Notes under the pieces: generated by a model
Told to the model about the DNA's origin: nothing
The model's database searches: none
Seen by the model: the letters and a program-made list of their open reading frames with translations, nothing else
Program-made: the position numbers and the translations under genes
Shown: positions 28,455-40,409 of the stretch, piece by piece
How the letters are laid out: every line of letters starts with the position of its first letter
Numbering within the stretch: position 1 is the first letter of the stretch
Assembly: GCF_000315625.1 (NCBI RefSeq)
Contig: NW_005434603.1
Location: 248,001 to 312,000, forward strand
DNA length: 64,000 bases
Source: Guillardia theta CCMP2712
Taxonomy: Eukaryota > Protista > Cryptophyta
Direction of reading: 5' to 3'

Positions 28455-30215
28455 ATGCTCACGATGCGCTCCTCGTCCGCCCTCGCCCTCGCGTTCGCTC
28501 TGACAGCTTCTCCTGAGGCTGCCGAGGCCTTCGGACTGCGTCCCCCAGTCCTCTCCTCCTCTCCCTCCCTCTCCCGTGCTGGAGTTGCCCGTGCTGGTAG
28601 CAGAGGTGTGAAAATGGTGGCCACCGCCCCGACCTCCAAGTTTGAGAAGATGAGGTTCAAGTACGGCAAGTAAGTCTAACTCTCTCTCCGATGTTTCCGG
28701 TGCTAGAATTGTTTGCTCGCGCACGCAGAGATCTCTTTGCTCGAGACTCCACTTGCCTCTGCCGCAGTTTGTCCTACAGTGTCCCCTGCTGACCATTCGG
28801 TTTCTTTGCTAGGCCATCCTTGGAGAGGGGCATCAGCCAGGAGATGAAGGATGCTCAGAAGATCGCTGGATTTGACTACAGTGACTTTGAATCCGCCATC
28901 GCTAAGTTCGACAACACCTTCCAGGTACTCGGTTAGGAAATCGCAACTCAGGTGTTTGATGGAGGTGCCGACAGGTTGGCGATGTGGTTGTTGGCCAAGT
29001 TGTGCAGTTCGAGCAAGGAGGTGCTCTTGTTGACATCGGAGGCAAGTCCAGCGCCTACCTCGGCGCTGCGGAGGCCTCCATGCAGCGTGTTGACGACATC
29101 GAGATGTTCCTCTCCATCGCCGACAACCGTGAGTTCCAGGTACCTCATCGCATGCCGACATTCGGACCCTCAGGACTGACCCCTGCCTCGCAGATCATTT
29201 CTGGTGAGGACGAGAATGGTCAGGTCCGTCTCTCCATCAGGAAGCTTGAGTTTGCTCGTGCCTGGGAGCGTGTTCGTCAGATCCAGGTAGAACTCATTCC
29301 GGCTTCTTGGATCAAGCAGACTTTGCTCTTGACATATATTGACTTTCTGCAAATTCACAGGCCGAGGATTGCACTATCATGGCTGAGATCCTCTCCATCA
29401 ACCGTGGAGGAGCCTTGATCAACTTCGAAGGCCTCCGTGGATTCCTCCCAGGCTCCCACGCTCCCCAAGGTAGGAGTGCTCGAGCTTCAGAAGGCAGAAT
29501 GTTGCTGATGCTTGCTTTGTTTGCACAGGCATGACTGAGGATACTGTTGGAACCATGATCCCCTTGAAGTTCCTCGAGGTCGACCAGGCCAAGAACAGGC
29601 TGGTTGTTTCCAATCGCCGGGCTGTTGTCGAGACCAAGCTTGTCAACTTGGAGCCTGGTCAGCTCGTTACTGGAATTGTTCGTTCCATCAAGCCATATGG
29701 TAGACTTTATTGCTGCAATGTGAATGGATGGTCAAAGATGAATTCACTAACATCTTGTTCTTACAGGTGCCTTTGTTGACATCGGAGGCATCTCTGGATT
29801 GCTTCACATCTCCCAAATCTCTCACGATCACATTTCCGATGTTAGCAAGGTTCTCCAGGAAGGCCAGGAGATCAAGGCCATGATCCTCACCCAAGACAAG
29901 GACAAGGGTCGCTTCTCCTTGTCCACCAAGACGCTGGAGGCTGAACCAGGGGACATGGTGCGCGAATCGCTCGAAGTGGGAGAAGTCCTTTGTTGACCCG
30001 TTAACAGATCAGGAACCCTGAGATGGTGAAAGAGAATGCTGAGGAGACTGCTAAGAGATACCACGAACGTCTCCAGGCCGAGCAGCAGGCCCGCGACCAG
30101 GTTGACACGATTTGAACGTTGTAGGTGTGCCCTAACTTGATATGCACAGGCTGCGTCAGAGCTTGTTGCTGGATTAGATCTCAACGCCCTTTCTTCTGAG
30201 GAGCTTGTTGCATAA
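28455..30215 (+). CDS. rps1: Plastid 30S ribosomal protein S1 with bipartite targeting sequence; multi-exon
   Basis: Signal peptide ending AEA-F, then a Ser/Arg-rich transit peptide. Three S1 repeats ([14 protein letters not shown]; LRGFLPGSH; [24 protein letters not shown]...[15 protein letters not shown]), cyanobacterial/plastid type. Confidence 0.95.
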
Positions 30216-30364
30216 ACGATGTGAAGGACTTCTTTAGTAAAGTAATCAACACGGCACGACATTAGAGTTTGTTGATTCTCGACTTGACTTTTCTATTGAT
30301 CGTACAAAACAAGATTGGAGGGAATGCCATGCATTGGAACGGTCAGGTGTTTTTCTGAACCTGG

Positions 30365-31960
30365 TCAACTATCCCTTTGAGATTCCATGTCTATGGTCAC
30401 AAGCCTCTTGCTTAAGGACACAACTCTGCTCGTTTCGTGAGGACCATCGAAGAGAAATAATCTTGCACTCACTTCTTCGCTCGATAACAGAATCCCTCGG
30501 CCTTTCACATCATTGATATCAGTAATGCCACAGAAGCCCAACGTGATGTCCAATTCCTGCCAGAAAGTTTGCAAGAATACGTACATGTACACTTGAACCA
30601 ACCTTTCGGACGATCTCAAGGATGTTAGTGACGCCCTCTTCGCCGCCACAGGCTGTGCGACGTCAGTGAAGGAAGGCACTAAGACGAAAGGCAAAGTACC
30701 CAATCCATACAACCATGGGCGTCCAATCATAGCGCAATTCGCTCCTGAGGTATGTGATAAGACAGCATAGGGGGCTTCATCCCACTCTCAGGTAGGTGGG
30801 AGAACGTGGGGACGGGAAGAGCGACAAGGAAAGAGAAGAGAAAAGCGAGGTTGAGAGTGAGAAACATGCCTAGAGCCTTCGCCTTGAGCACATCTTGTCC
30901 AGATCGAACCCCACCATCAAGATACACCTGAAGCAGCGATGGCTATCTCAGAGAGGATGGACCCTGGGACAACGACTCTTGTTCCTGACCTCCATCTTCC
31001 CTCCCACTTCCTCTACGCATTTTGTGAGGGCAGCTAGGGACGGCGGGGCACCATCCAACTGCCTTCCACCATGGTTTGAAACCTTGTGGACAGTCAAAAG
31101 AAAGTGATCGCACATGAGATCACTGGATTCAAGCTCACCACGATAGCATCTGCTCCATGAAGGTAGGCTAACTTGGCGTCCTGCGGGTCCATGATGCCTT
31201 TAATGATGAGCTTTCCTCCCCAGTGAGACTTGATCCATTCCACGTCCTTCCATGACAGCGCCGTGTCAAACTGACTGGAGGTGAAATGCGAGAGTGAGAG
31301 CACGGAATCAGCTCCGGGATAATGACCGACGATGTTCCCGAAGTTCCATCGCTTGGAAGAGAGCTGCCGGATACACCATGCAGGTTTGCTGACGACGTCG
31401 AGCACAGATTGTAGCTCCAACCTTAGCGGCAAGGTCAAGCCATTCCTGATGTCCTTGTGCCGCTGTCCCAGCACTTGAAGATCAGCGGTGAGGATGAGGG
31501 CAGAGCACTTAGCTGCCTTTGCTCTGCTTATCAGATTCTTCACGAATCCTTTGTCTCGCATCACGTAGAGCTGGAACCAGAAAGGTTTGGTAGTTCCTGC
31601 CGCCACATCTTCAATTGAGTTGATCGACATGGTGGATAAAGCGAAAGGGATGCCGAACTTCTCGCAAGCTCGGGCCGCATGCGTCTCACCGTTGGGCCAC
31701 ATCATTCCACCAAAACCACAGGGCGAAAGAGCCACAGGCATGGCACACTCCTCTCCGAGCACCCTTGCCTTGGTCGACCTTGTGGACACGTCTATCAGCA
31801 CTCTCTGTCGGAACTTAATCTTGTTGAACTCTTCCTCGTTGGACCTGTACGTGGATTCTGTCCATGACCCCGTGTCCACGTAGTCGTAGAACGCCTTCGG
31901 CACTCTCCGCCGCGCCATCTGCTTCGCATCCTCCACGCAAAGGATCGCAGCGCGTCGCAT
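30365..31960 (-). CDS. lldD: FMN-dependent alpha-hydroxy acid dehydrogenase (L-lactate dehydrogenase LldD / glycolate oxidase family)
   Basis: YDYVDTGSWTESTYRSN, FWFQLY, LTADL, IIKGI, VSNHGGRQLDGA, YLDGGVRSGQDVLKAKALGA, IGRPWLYGL; 3' end approximate. Confidence 0.93.
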
Positions 31961-32059
31961 GGCCGCAAGGTGGGTCGCAAAGAAATGAGGGGGATGAGTC
32001 CCTGAGTGAATACGGGCCAACCTTTGACTCTCAGCTCCCGGAATCATCATTCCAAGTTC

Positions 32060-32570
32060 TGTCACACGGCCACCGTGGCGATGGCACCCGGCCGGCAACC
32101 GCCGCAGCCCGGCCGGCGGGCCGCCGGCCGGACTCTCGGCCGAATCCCCAACGCATCCGGTCCAGGATCTTTCGTCAGCTCAAGGCCTCCCTGTCCTCAG
32201 CGCTGCCATCATCGCGGGTGCATCCCGGTATGCGTCTCATTCCTTCGGCGGCGGCCACCGCGACATCGCTGGCATGGCCGCGCGGGGAACTTGTCCTGCG
32301 CGCGCCGTTAAGTGAAGGTATCAGTTAAGTTTGGGGGACAGCTGTCGGCAGGATTGGGTTTGGTTCTAATTATTGTCCTCGTACTGATTTTTAACTTAAC
32401 TTTGAGTAAAGAAGTTGCCCGGTCTGTCCGTCCGACGGCGGGCCTCCCCCAGTGGCGCCGCCTCCCCGGCGGCTCAGTGGCGCCGGGCCTCCCCTGCCCG
32501 GCGGCCAGCCGCACGCGCCGGGCGCGCGGCGGCCCGGCCCCAGGGGCGGCCCGGGCCGCCCGGCGAGAAT
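32060..32570. other. GC-rich island between divergent lldD and threonine synthase-like genes
   Basis: Very high GC with ccgg palindromes; contains the conserved 39-bp motif at 32372-32410. Confidence 0.55.
32372..32410 (-). repeat. Dispersed 39-bp conserved motif, copy 1
   Basis: Reverse complement is tttactcaaagttaagttaaaaatcagtacgaggacaat, identical to 44437-44475. Confidence 0.9.
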
Positions 32571-32599
32571 GAGGGGGATGAGAATTGTTTGTCTTGGCA

Positions 32600-34259
32600 A
32601 TGAGGTATGTGAGCACTAGAGGGGGCGGGGAGGAGGAAGGGATCGAGGAGGCGCTGAGGAGAGGCTATGCTCGCGATGGAGGCCTGTACGTGCCCAAGAC
32701 CATCAGGGAGCTCGAGGAGGGAGAGCTGGAGAGGCTCTCCAGGCTCCAGTTCAGAGAGCTCTGCACTGAGATCCTACTCTGGTTCGCAAGCGAGGAGCTT
32801 TCGGAGGAGGAGGTGAGGGGGGTCGTACAATCCTGCTTTGAGGGGTTCTCCAGCGAAGAGATCATTCCTCTGACCATGCTGAGTGGGAGAGGGGCGCCGG
32901 AAGATGGAAGTGTCCTGGTCGCAGAGCTGTTCCATGGACCGGTACTATGCACCGTGCACTGCTTTCATGCGCTGTTTGTTGATTGGAAGGCTTTTGTTTG
33001 CAGTCAATGTCCTTCAAGGACTTTGGGCAGCAAGTTCTATGCAAGCTGTTGAACATGTTCGCTCAGAAGAAGAAGAACAAGATCTCCATTTTGGTCTCAA
33101 CCACCGGAGATACAGGGCCTGCAGCGATCATGGCAGCAAGGGGACTGGAGGCGCTGAAAGTGGTGGTAACATACCCGCACGGACAGATCTCCAAGTTCCA
33201 GGAGCTTCAGATGACAACAGAGGACGCAAACAACGTGTTTGTGTACAGCTTTCAAGGAGGCGGGGATGATATGGACGCACCCATTAAAACTCTTTCCACC
33301 GACGTGTCGTTCCAGGAGCGCCATGGCCTGGCGGCTGTGAACTCGATCAACATAGGACGAGTGATCATGCAGGTAATGGACTTTCTCCTGCTTCCTTGAA
33401 CGCCTCCAACGTCTCTGCGCGCCTTCACTTCCTTCTCACATCCTTTGTTCAGAGTGTGCACTATTTCTGGAGCTATTTCCGCGCTGTTGAGAAGTTGAAG
33501 TTGCCCGTTGGCAGCTCTGTGGACTTTGCGCTGCCGTGCGGGGCTCTGGGAAATGCTGCAGCAGGTCAGCGAACAGTTGATTTGACTCGTTCCCTTCAAA
33601 AGACGTCTGCTTGCTTGCCTCCGCCTCCTCCTCTTCTCGCATCCTCACTCTCCGCCTTCTCCTCTCCTTTCCACCCTCACTCTCCGCCTCTTCCGAATGT
33701 GCTCTGACCGCTCGGACGTGTTGGCCTCCATGAGTCTCCTCTCAGGCTTGCTTGCCAAGAAGATGGGCCTGCCGATCAGGAGGATCGTGTGCGGGACCAA
33801 CATGAACGATATCTTCCACCGCGCCATCAGCAGCGGCGACTTTTCGAGGCACGACAAGATGATACGGACTCTGTCGGAAGCAATCAACATACAGGTCGGA
33901 ATGACGGCGAACTTGTTTTGTACTGCATGGTCTGTCTGCTCCTCCTCTGTCGTTCAATCGCTTGTTTGCTTGTTCTGCATTCTGACTGAGGGACGCAGGT
34001 CCCTTACAACTTCGAGAGGATCATATACTTCCTCAGCGGCGGCGATCACAAGCTGGTCAAGGATCTGATGGGTCGAATGTCGGAAACAGGTCTGACGACA
34101 TGACGTGATGTGACAATATGGCCTCGTTCATATGCGTCCTTCTTTCTCGCGCGTGTTGTTTGTGTTGAGGTGGGCGGCCACCAGTGTTGACCAAGTTGAT
34201 GTTTGTAGGAAGAATTCAGGTCGAGGGTGAGCTTCTGCAATCTCTACAGGTCAACCCTT

Positions 34260-34292
<33 letters not shown>

Positions 34293-35256
34293 CTCTGAGA
34301 GTTCTCTGAGAGATCTCCTCTCCCTTGCTCTGAGAGTTGTCGTTCAGGAAAATTTTGCTTCTCAACGAGTCACCGACGAGGAGATGCTCGAGGCATGTAG
34401 CCTCTGTCCTTTCTTTCCTCCTCCTTCCTCCTCGTCTGTTATTCTTCTTCAAGACCAGCAAATCTCTCCCCTCTCCCCTCTCTTCGCTCTTCTCTTGCCC
34501 TCTCACCCTCCGCCTCCCTCTCCTCGCCAAACCCCTCCGTTTCCTTTCCTTTCCTTTCCTTTCCTTCCTCCCGCCCTGTCTCCCCCTCCTCGTCTATGGA
34601 GTACCTGAGACCATAGCACAGGCGCAGCGGAGCTGCATGCTCGAGGAAGACTACTTGATGGACCCGCACACAGCCGTGGGCTACGCAGCAATCAGGAGGA
34701 GCGTCCTGTTGTGGAGAGCGCCAGGAGGGTGACTCTGCCATTTCAGGGCCTGTAAGGACGGAAATGTTGTGCTGCTGGCAACTGCTCACCCTTGCAAGTT
34801 CGAAGACGCTATCACTGAGGTAGGACGAGGAGGAAGGGAGAGAGGGGGATGGAGACGGTCGGACTTGATGTGGGTGAGAGGGAGGAGGCGGGGAGGAAGA
34901 GAAGCGGTAGCCCAGGGAGGAGGAAGAGGCTCTGAGGGGGATTTGTGCAGGCGTTGGGAAAGAAATGGGTGGAGGAGAACGAAGAGAGAGTGCGACCGGA
35001 GAGCGTCAAGAAGCTCATGAACAAGAAGGAGAGGAGGTGAAATTCGCTCTCTCGCAGCTGCTCTGCTTGCCTGCCCTCTGCTCCCCCACGCTCTCGCCGC
35101 ACTCCCATGCTGAGCTTGTGCAGGCGGGGAACCTTCAGGGAGGGAGAGGACTGGACTTCACAGCTGAGGAGGTGAGTCATGAGGAGGAGGAGGAGGAGGA
35201 CCTGAGAATGCGGCTGCAGGATGTTCGACCAAGGGGACTGGGACTGTTTGGCGTAA
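32600..35256 (+). CDS. Threonine synthase family protein (fold-type II PLP), THNSL2-like; multi-exon
   Basis: MRYVSTRG, GYARDGGLYVP, ELFHGPSMSFKDF (PLP Lys), TTGDTGPAA, QELQMTT, VNSINIGR, PYNFER, DPHTAVG, LATAHPCKF. DDMDAPIK and the C-terminal GEDWTSQLR resemble THNSL2. Confidence 0.9.
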
Positions 35257-35503
35257 GAGTAGGAAGAGAAAGACAAGCGGGAGGAGGAGGAGGGAGGGAG
35301 GGAGGGAGGGAGGGAGGGAGGGAGGGAGGGAGGGAGGACAACTTCAGTTGTCAATTGTAACGCTCATCTCGGAATTCCATGAGACGACGATGAAAATCGA
35401 GAAGATACAAGAAAGAATATTGAGGTTGCGAATAGAATGCTATCAAGGGAATCGAGGAATCGATGGTGCCATGGTCGACTCCTTCAGCCTCCAGTCGACC
35501 GTC

Positions 35504-37684
35504 TCATGACTTGACGCTGATGGCCTGGGATGCCTGATTCAACCCATCAGCTCTCATCGTCGTCCTCGCAATCTTCGCCTACCTCCCACTCTTGTTGCGG
35601 TTGCAGGCTAACAGGCTGACGGATGGCTCCGACTTCAACACAGACAAACCTCTTTCGAAGTGCAAAACAGGTCAGGTTGAGAACACATCAGAACGCGATC
35701 GTTCTCTCCTGTCAAGCTCCCTGAACAGAATCCTATTCTCCCTCATTCTCCCTCCCTCCCTCCCCTTCTCCCTCCCTCCCTCCCTCCCTCCCTCCCTCCC
35801 TCCCACCTTCGCCCTTATCTTACCTTGTAAGCGTCGTCAGGTAGATCGGCCATCTTCTGCGACTTCTCGATCCAGGGATTCCACACCACCTTCACCCAGA
35901 GGTCAGGCAGGGACCTCATGGCAGGTCCTCGCTCACAGCATCGGGGAAACTGGAGGACTTGAAGATGCAGATCCTCCTCTTGTGCGACTGATCCTTGATC
36001 TCGATCTCTGCCGCCAACATCAGCGTCGCTGCTTTCTCTCCACACTCTGACTACGTCTTCCCTCCTTGTGTTCTCCTCTCCTCTTTTCCTCGCTTCCCTC
36101 CTCTCCCCTACTAACCTCCACCCCCCCAACTTCCTCCTCCTCCTCCTTATCCTGTCATGGCCCGGCCCGTGTATCACGCCCGCCATGGCGGTGGAGTCTT
36201 CAAGACTGTCGCATAATCCCACCCGCTGTCCCCTCGCCGTCCTCTCCACTCTCGTCACCTTGAGGGGTTGGCCCGTACACGCGGTCGACCTCCCCTTCGA
36301 ACCGGATGGCGTCCTCTTGTTCTGTTGCGTCCATCGACAAATCTCAGTCACCATCGGCCAGTCGCAGCAGCATCGTTACCTTGTAACACTTTCCCTCCCT
36401 GCAGGCTATCCTCGTACTCGCATCCTCTTAGGCCCTCAACGCTCGTGCTTGAAATGTCGCCCACACCTGTCAGCGAGAAAGCATTCAGACAGGCCCCGAA
36501 CTCTTTCCTCCCCTCCCCTCCGCCTCCCGCTCCCCTCTCCCTCCTCCCCCTCTCCCTCCTCCCCCTCTCCCTCCCCTTACCAAAATAAGTGTGAAGAGCA
36601 CAGGTAAAGGTGAATTGTTCACTGCCAGTGTTCTTCACTTTCATCTTCGTTGCAAGATTTCCTTCGTCTGTCAACTCGACCTACAAAGATGTCATTTGTT
36701 TGCCAGAATCCACCATCTTTCTCTACAGATTACATCGCAACCACAGCCTGCTCCTGCTCCTACTCCTGCTCCTGCTCCTCCTGCTCCTGCTCCCGCTCCC
36801 GCTCCTGCTCCTGCTCCTACTCCTGCTCCTGCTCCTCCTCCTTCCCTATTGCTACCACCGCTAGCTCCTCCTCCTCTCCTCTACCATCTCTTCTTCCTCG
36901 TCCTGCTTACGACTCTTACGCATCTCCATCACGGTCATACCAGATAGTTGACTTGGAACGTGTGAGGCCAGGCAGAAGCCCGAGTGCTTTCCGAGTCCTT
37001 GAGTTCAAACTCAACGGATTTCTCGTCTTGCCTGTCAGATGCCGTCAATCCTTCTCCCCCCATCAACCGACATCGCACTTGGCGATCGCCCAGTCGTTGT
37101 TCTTGCGGCAAAACCCGTGCTACCGCACGCAAACAAGACTAAGTCAGAAGACACGGCAAGTAGAAGCCGACCGGTAGGAGAGCACGCAGATGGGACTCAA
37201 GTTACCTGCTCGAGGGCTCCTCTCGGACCAAACCTGGAGGACGAAAACGTCAAGACTTCCAGTCACAGGAACATCACAATGTCGCACTGAGGGAAGCAGA
37301 TGGGAATCCCTCCACGGATCGCATCCTGCGGGCCGAACTTTGCTGCAGGGCTGACAAATAGCACAGACTCTTCGTTGACACCTGCGACAGGAGCTCAGGC
37401 AAGCTCGCACGGAGGACAAAAGGCGCCCAAGTCAAAACAACATCAAGGGCAGATATTCATGCACAGGAAGAAGATATTAAGACAAGGCAAACAATATCGA
37501 GACGTCCAAAAGATAGCAAGACAAGGCATAAATTTTGAGGCGGGATGCATATCAGGCCACACTTGGGAAAGTTCCTACCAGGGGACCATGTGAGTACGTG
37601 TGCCCCGTGCTTCGCAACTTCCAACTTGGAGCCAACAGAGTTTCTGAGCGACACGGTCGCTGCTTGACCCGCACCTTGAGACAT
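35504..37684 (-). CDS. Glucose-6-phosphate 1-epimerase (aldose 1-epimerase family); multi-exon
   Basis: HGAHVLTW, AIRGGIPICFP, HGFCR, ALHTYF, EVDRVY, VVWNPW, FVCVE. Confidence 0.92.
36748..36842. repeat. Intronic (CCTGCT)n microsatellite
   Basis: Imperfect hexamer array inside an epimerase intron. Confidence 0.85.
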
Positions 37685-38222
37685 GGCCAACAAGTTTCTG
37701 AGGGCATTGAAGTCATGCAGGGGAAAGGCAAACGCAGCGGGGGGGGCAAAGGGGGGGCGGGGGGGAGAGAGAAGAGGAGAGGAGAGTGGTGAGAGAAGCG
37801 GAAGGGGGAGAGGCGGTGGTGGGGAGGCGTGGGGGGCATGGTCGGCAATGGACGGCTCACACGATAAGGGATGAGAATATGGTAAGGGCACAAGCAGACT
37901 GCAAAGGCCTCATATCCCTAAGGAACTCAAGTCATCATAAGAGCTTTCGGTCTCACTTGAAGTCTCAGAATCAGCAATCTCTCTCTCTCTCTTCTCTCCC
38001 TCTGCTTCCTGTACTCCATCTGAAGGCTGCATGCTGTGTTGCGAACAGCAAGGGGGGTTGAGGGGACAGAGACAGGAACAAGAATGCCTTAAACTGGCAT
38101 CAGGCCTGATATACGAGAATACGAGGCATAACCCGAGCAAGGGTTGAGGAAGGAGGAATGGAAAGGAACAAGGTTGGGGGTAGGCTGGGGTGGATCTGGA
38201 CTGGGATGCAGTAGCAGAGGGT

Positions 38223-38334
38223 GGAGGCAGCATGGGAGCTTGCTTAGGAGCTTGCTTAGGAGGCAGCATGGGAGCTTGCTTAGGAGGCAGCATGGGAGCT
38301 TGCTTAGGAGGCAGCATAGGAGCTTGCTTAGGAG
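38223..38334. repeat. 24-bp minisatellite (ggaggcagcatgggagcttgctta), about 4.5 copies
   Basis: Directly visible; reads PKQAPMLP on the minus strand. Confidence 0.9.
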
Positions 38335-40409
38335 AATCGAGCCTGGCATCCGGTCTCGCATCTTTCGGCATCGAGCACAGCAGCGAGCACCACAATCTGC
38401 ATCGAGCAGGGCGGGACAAGGTGGGCAGCAAGGTGGGGATGCACTGGGGGATGCAGGCAAAACAGGATGAGCGGGGATGAGGATCAGACTTTGTTGGGTT
38501 TCCCGGCCAGGGGGCAACAATGTTTAAAATGAATTTATATTTACAACGATAAGTTACGACTGCCCTGAATAGCTTACAAAAATAAAAACATTTAGAAATC
38601 ATGTTTCTCGTAGTCAAAATATTTTATAATTTGACTCTGATACCAGTTCTGATTTTCAAAACTACTTGTAAAATAAGAGGTACAAAGTTCTTTATACCGT
38701 TAAAACATAAAACTATATAGGAACAAAATTGCGATATGTTTCATACAGTTAATTTCATCTAAAAGACGAAATCATCGATCTTTTTAAAATACAGATTGAT
38801 CCAAGTTTTAAATTTAAAAGTTCCTCATAAAGCCTGGAGTGTGGGAGTGGGGGGGCCGGGAAGGGGAGGAGGCCACAGCATTTAAAAAGAAGAGAGGAGA
38901 GATTGGACTCTCTTTTCAACACCCTACCCCCTATCTGTCATGTAAATTGCAATAAAATATAGGGGTGGAGGTCCTTTCTTTTTGTTTCATTTCAGGCCAC
39001 CGGCACGCGAGCAGAGGCCGCCGCGATGCTGAAGCGATTCCTCCTCCTGTCGGCCGCCGCCGCCGCCGCCGCCGTCTCGGTAAGGAAGACAGGAGATATG
39101 GAGGAGTAGAGATAGCGTGAAGATTGAAAGAGCTGAGAGATACGTCAAATAGCCTCTTGAGCCTTCCGATGCTAGGTTGTGCCTTGTGCCAGGACCAAAA
39201 GGCGCTAATGGTGCATACAACAAAGTGAAAGGTGGGAGGGAAGGGATAGTAGCATGAAGTGCTCTTTACGGACGACATTGAATGGCATGACTATAAGTGT
39301 TGTATGTGTGAGCTGCTGCTTAGAGAAGCTGTTGGGATGAATCACATTTTGAGTTTTTTCAACGGACTCTTCCTCCCTTTGTCTTTATACCGTATCTTTG
39401 TCTTGGCTTGTAGGAAAAAGGACGAATAGCTGTTGCATCGTTTCTTCCATCTGGCATGCCCCTCCTTCCTTTCATGCTCTGTAGTCGCTGTGCGATTTTG
39501 ACCTCCATGTCGTTGCAATGTGGCTACAGCAATGGGTAGGAATGTTGTGTTGTTCCATAGGTTTTCGGAGGGAAAGAGGAATGGAGAAGGTTTTTCAGAC
39601 ACATTTCTCGTCTATTTGAATATCTGTGATGCAAGTTGTATTGCTGTTGTCTTGTGTTGTAGCGGAGGTCTGGGCAAAGTCATCAATTCGGCACGTGCAC
39701 AACCTTACCTCGCCTCGCAATGCTGGGCGGTGCGCTGACGCTTCTCGCAGCCCTGTAACTCCAAGTCTCCTTCTCTCGCGTTCGCTGGATCTGTTCTCCC
39801 ATCTATCCCACGTACCACTGCTATCTCCTCCATCCAGTCGTCCTTCGTGGGTTCGCTGGGGTGAGGGCGGTCACTTGTTGCTGGTTGAAGAGTCACGATG
39901 CGGTGCAGGCAATCAATTGTTGCTGTCGAGGAAGCAAAGGGGGATAGCGCAACGGTGAGGATGAGCCGAACCTGAGCAAGAGGGGGTTGCTGATATGTTG
40001 CTGGTCAGAGCTTGTACATGAGCTGCCGTCGCAATTTGAAGAAGGAGAAGAGGCTTCGTAACGAGATCTGCGCTCGTCAGTACCGCAAGGTGACAGAGGA
40101 GCAAGAGCCAGAAGAGGATATGGAAGAGGCTGATTCGTTCCCGACAGCCCAAGTCCAAGTTCAGGGGGAGCCGCCCAGGACGCAACGCGCGTGCCATGGA
40201 AGAGGATGCTGATAGCGAGTGGCTGTCTCAGATCTACGGACAACATACCATCTATCGCCGTGACGAGAAGGCTGTTTCCTCTCCTGTGAGTTGCTGAGGA
40301 AGTGGTGAAGGGTTTCTCACATGCTGGCAGGCTGAGAAGACTGGTGGAGTGGAAGCGAAGCAAGCAGTAGCTGCTTAGAGGGTTCATTGACTACTTTAGG
40401 GTTTATTCA

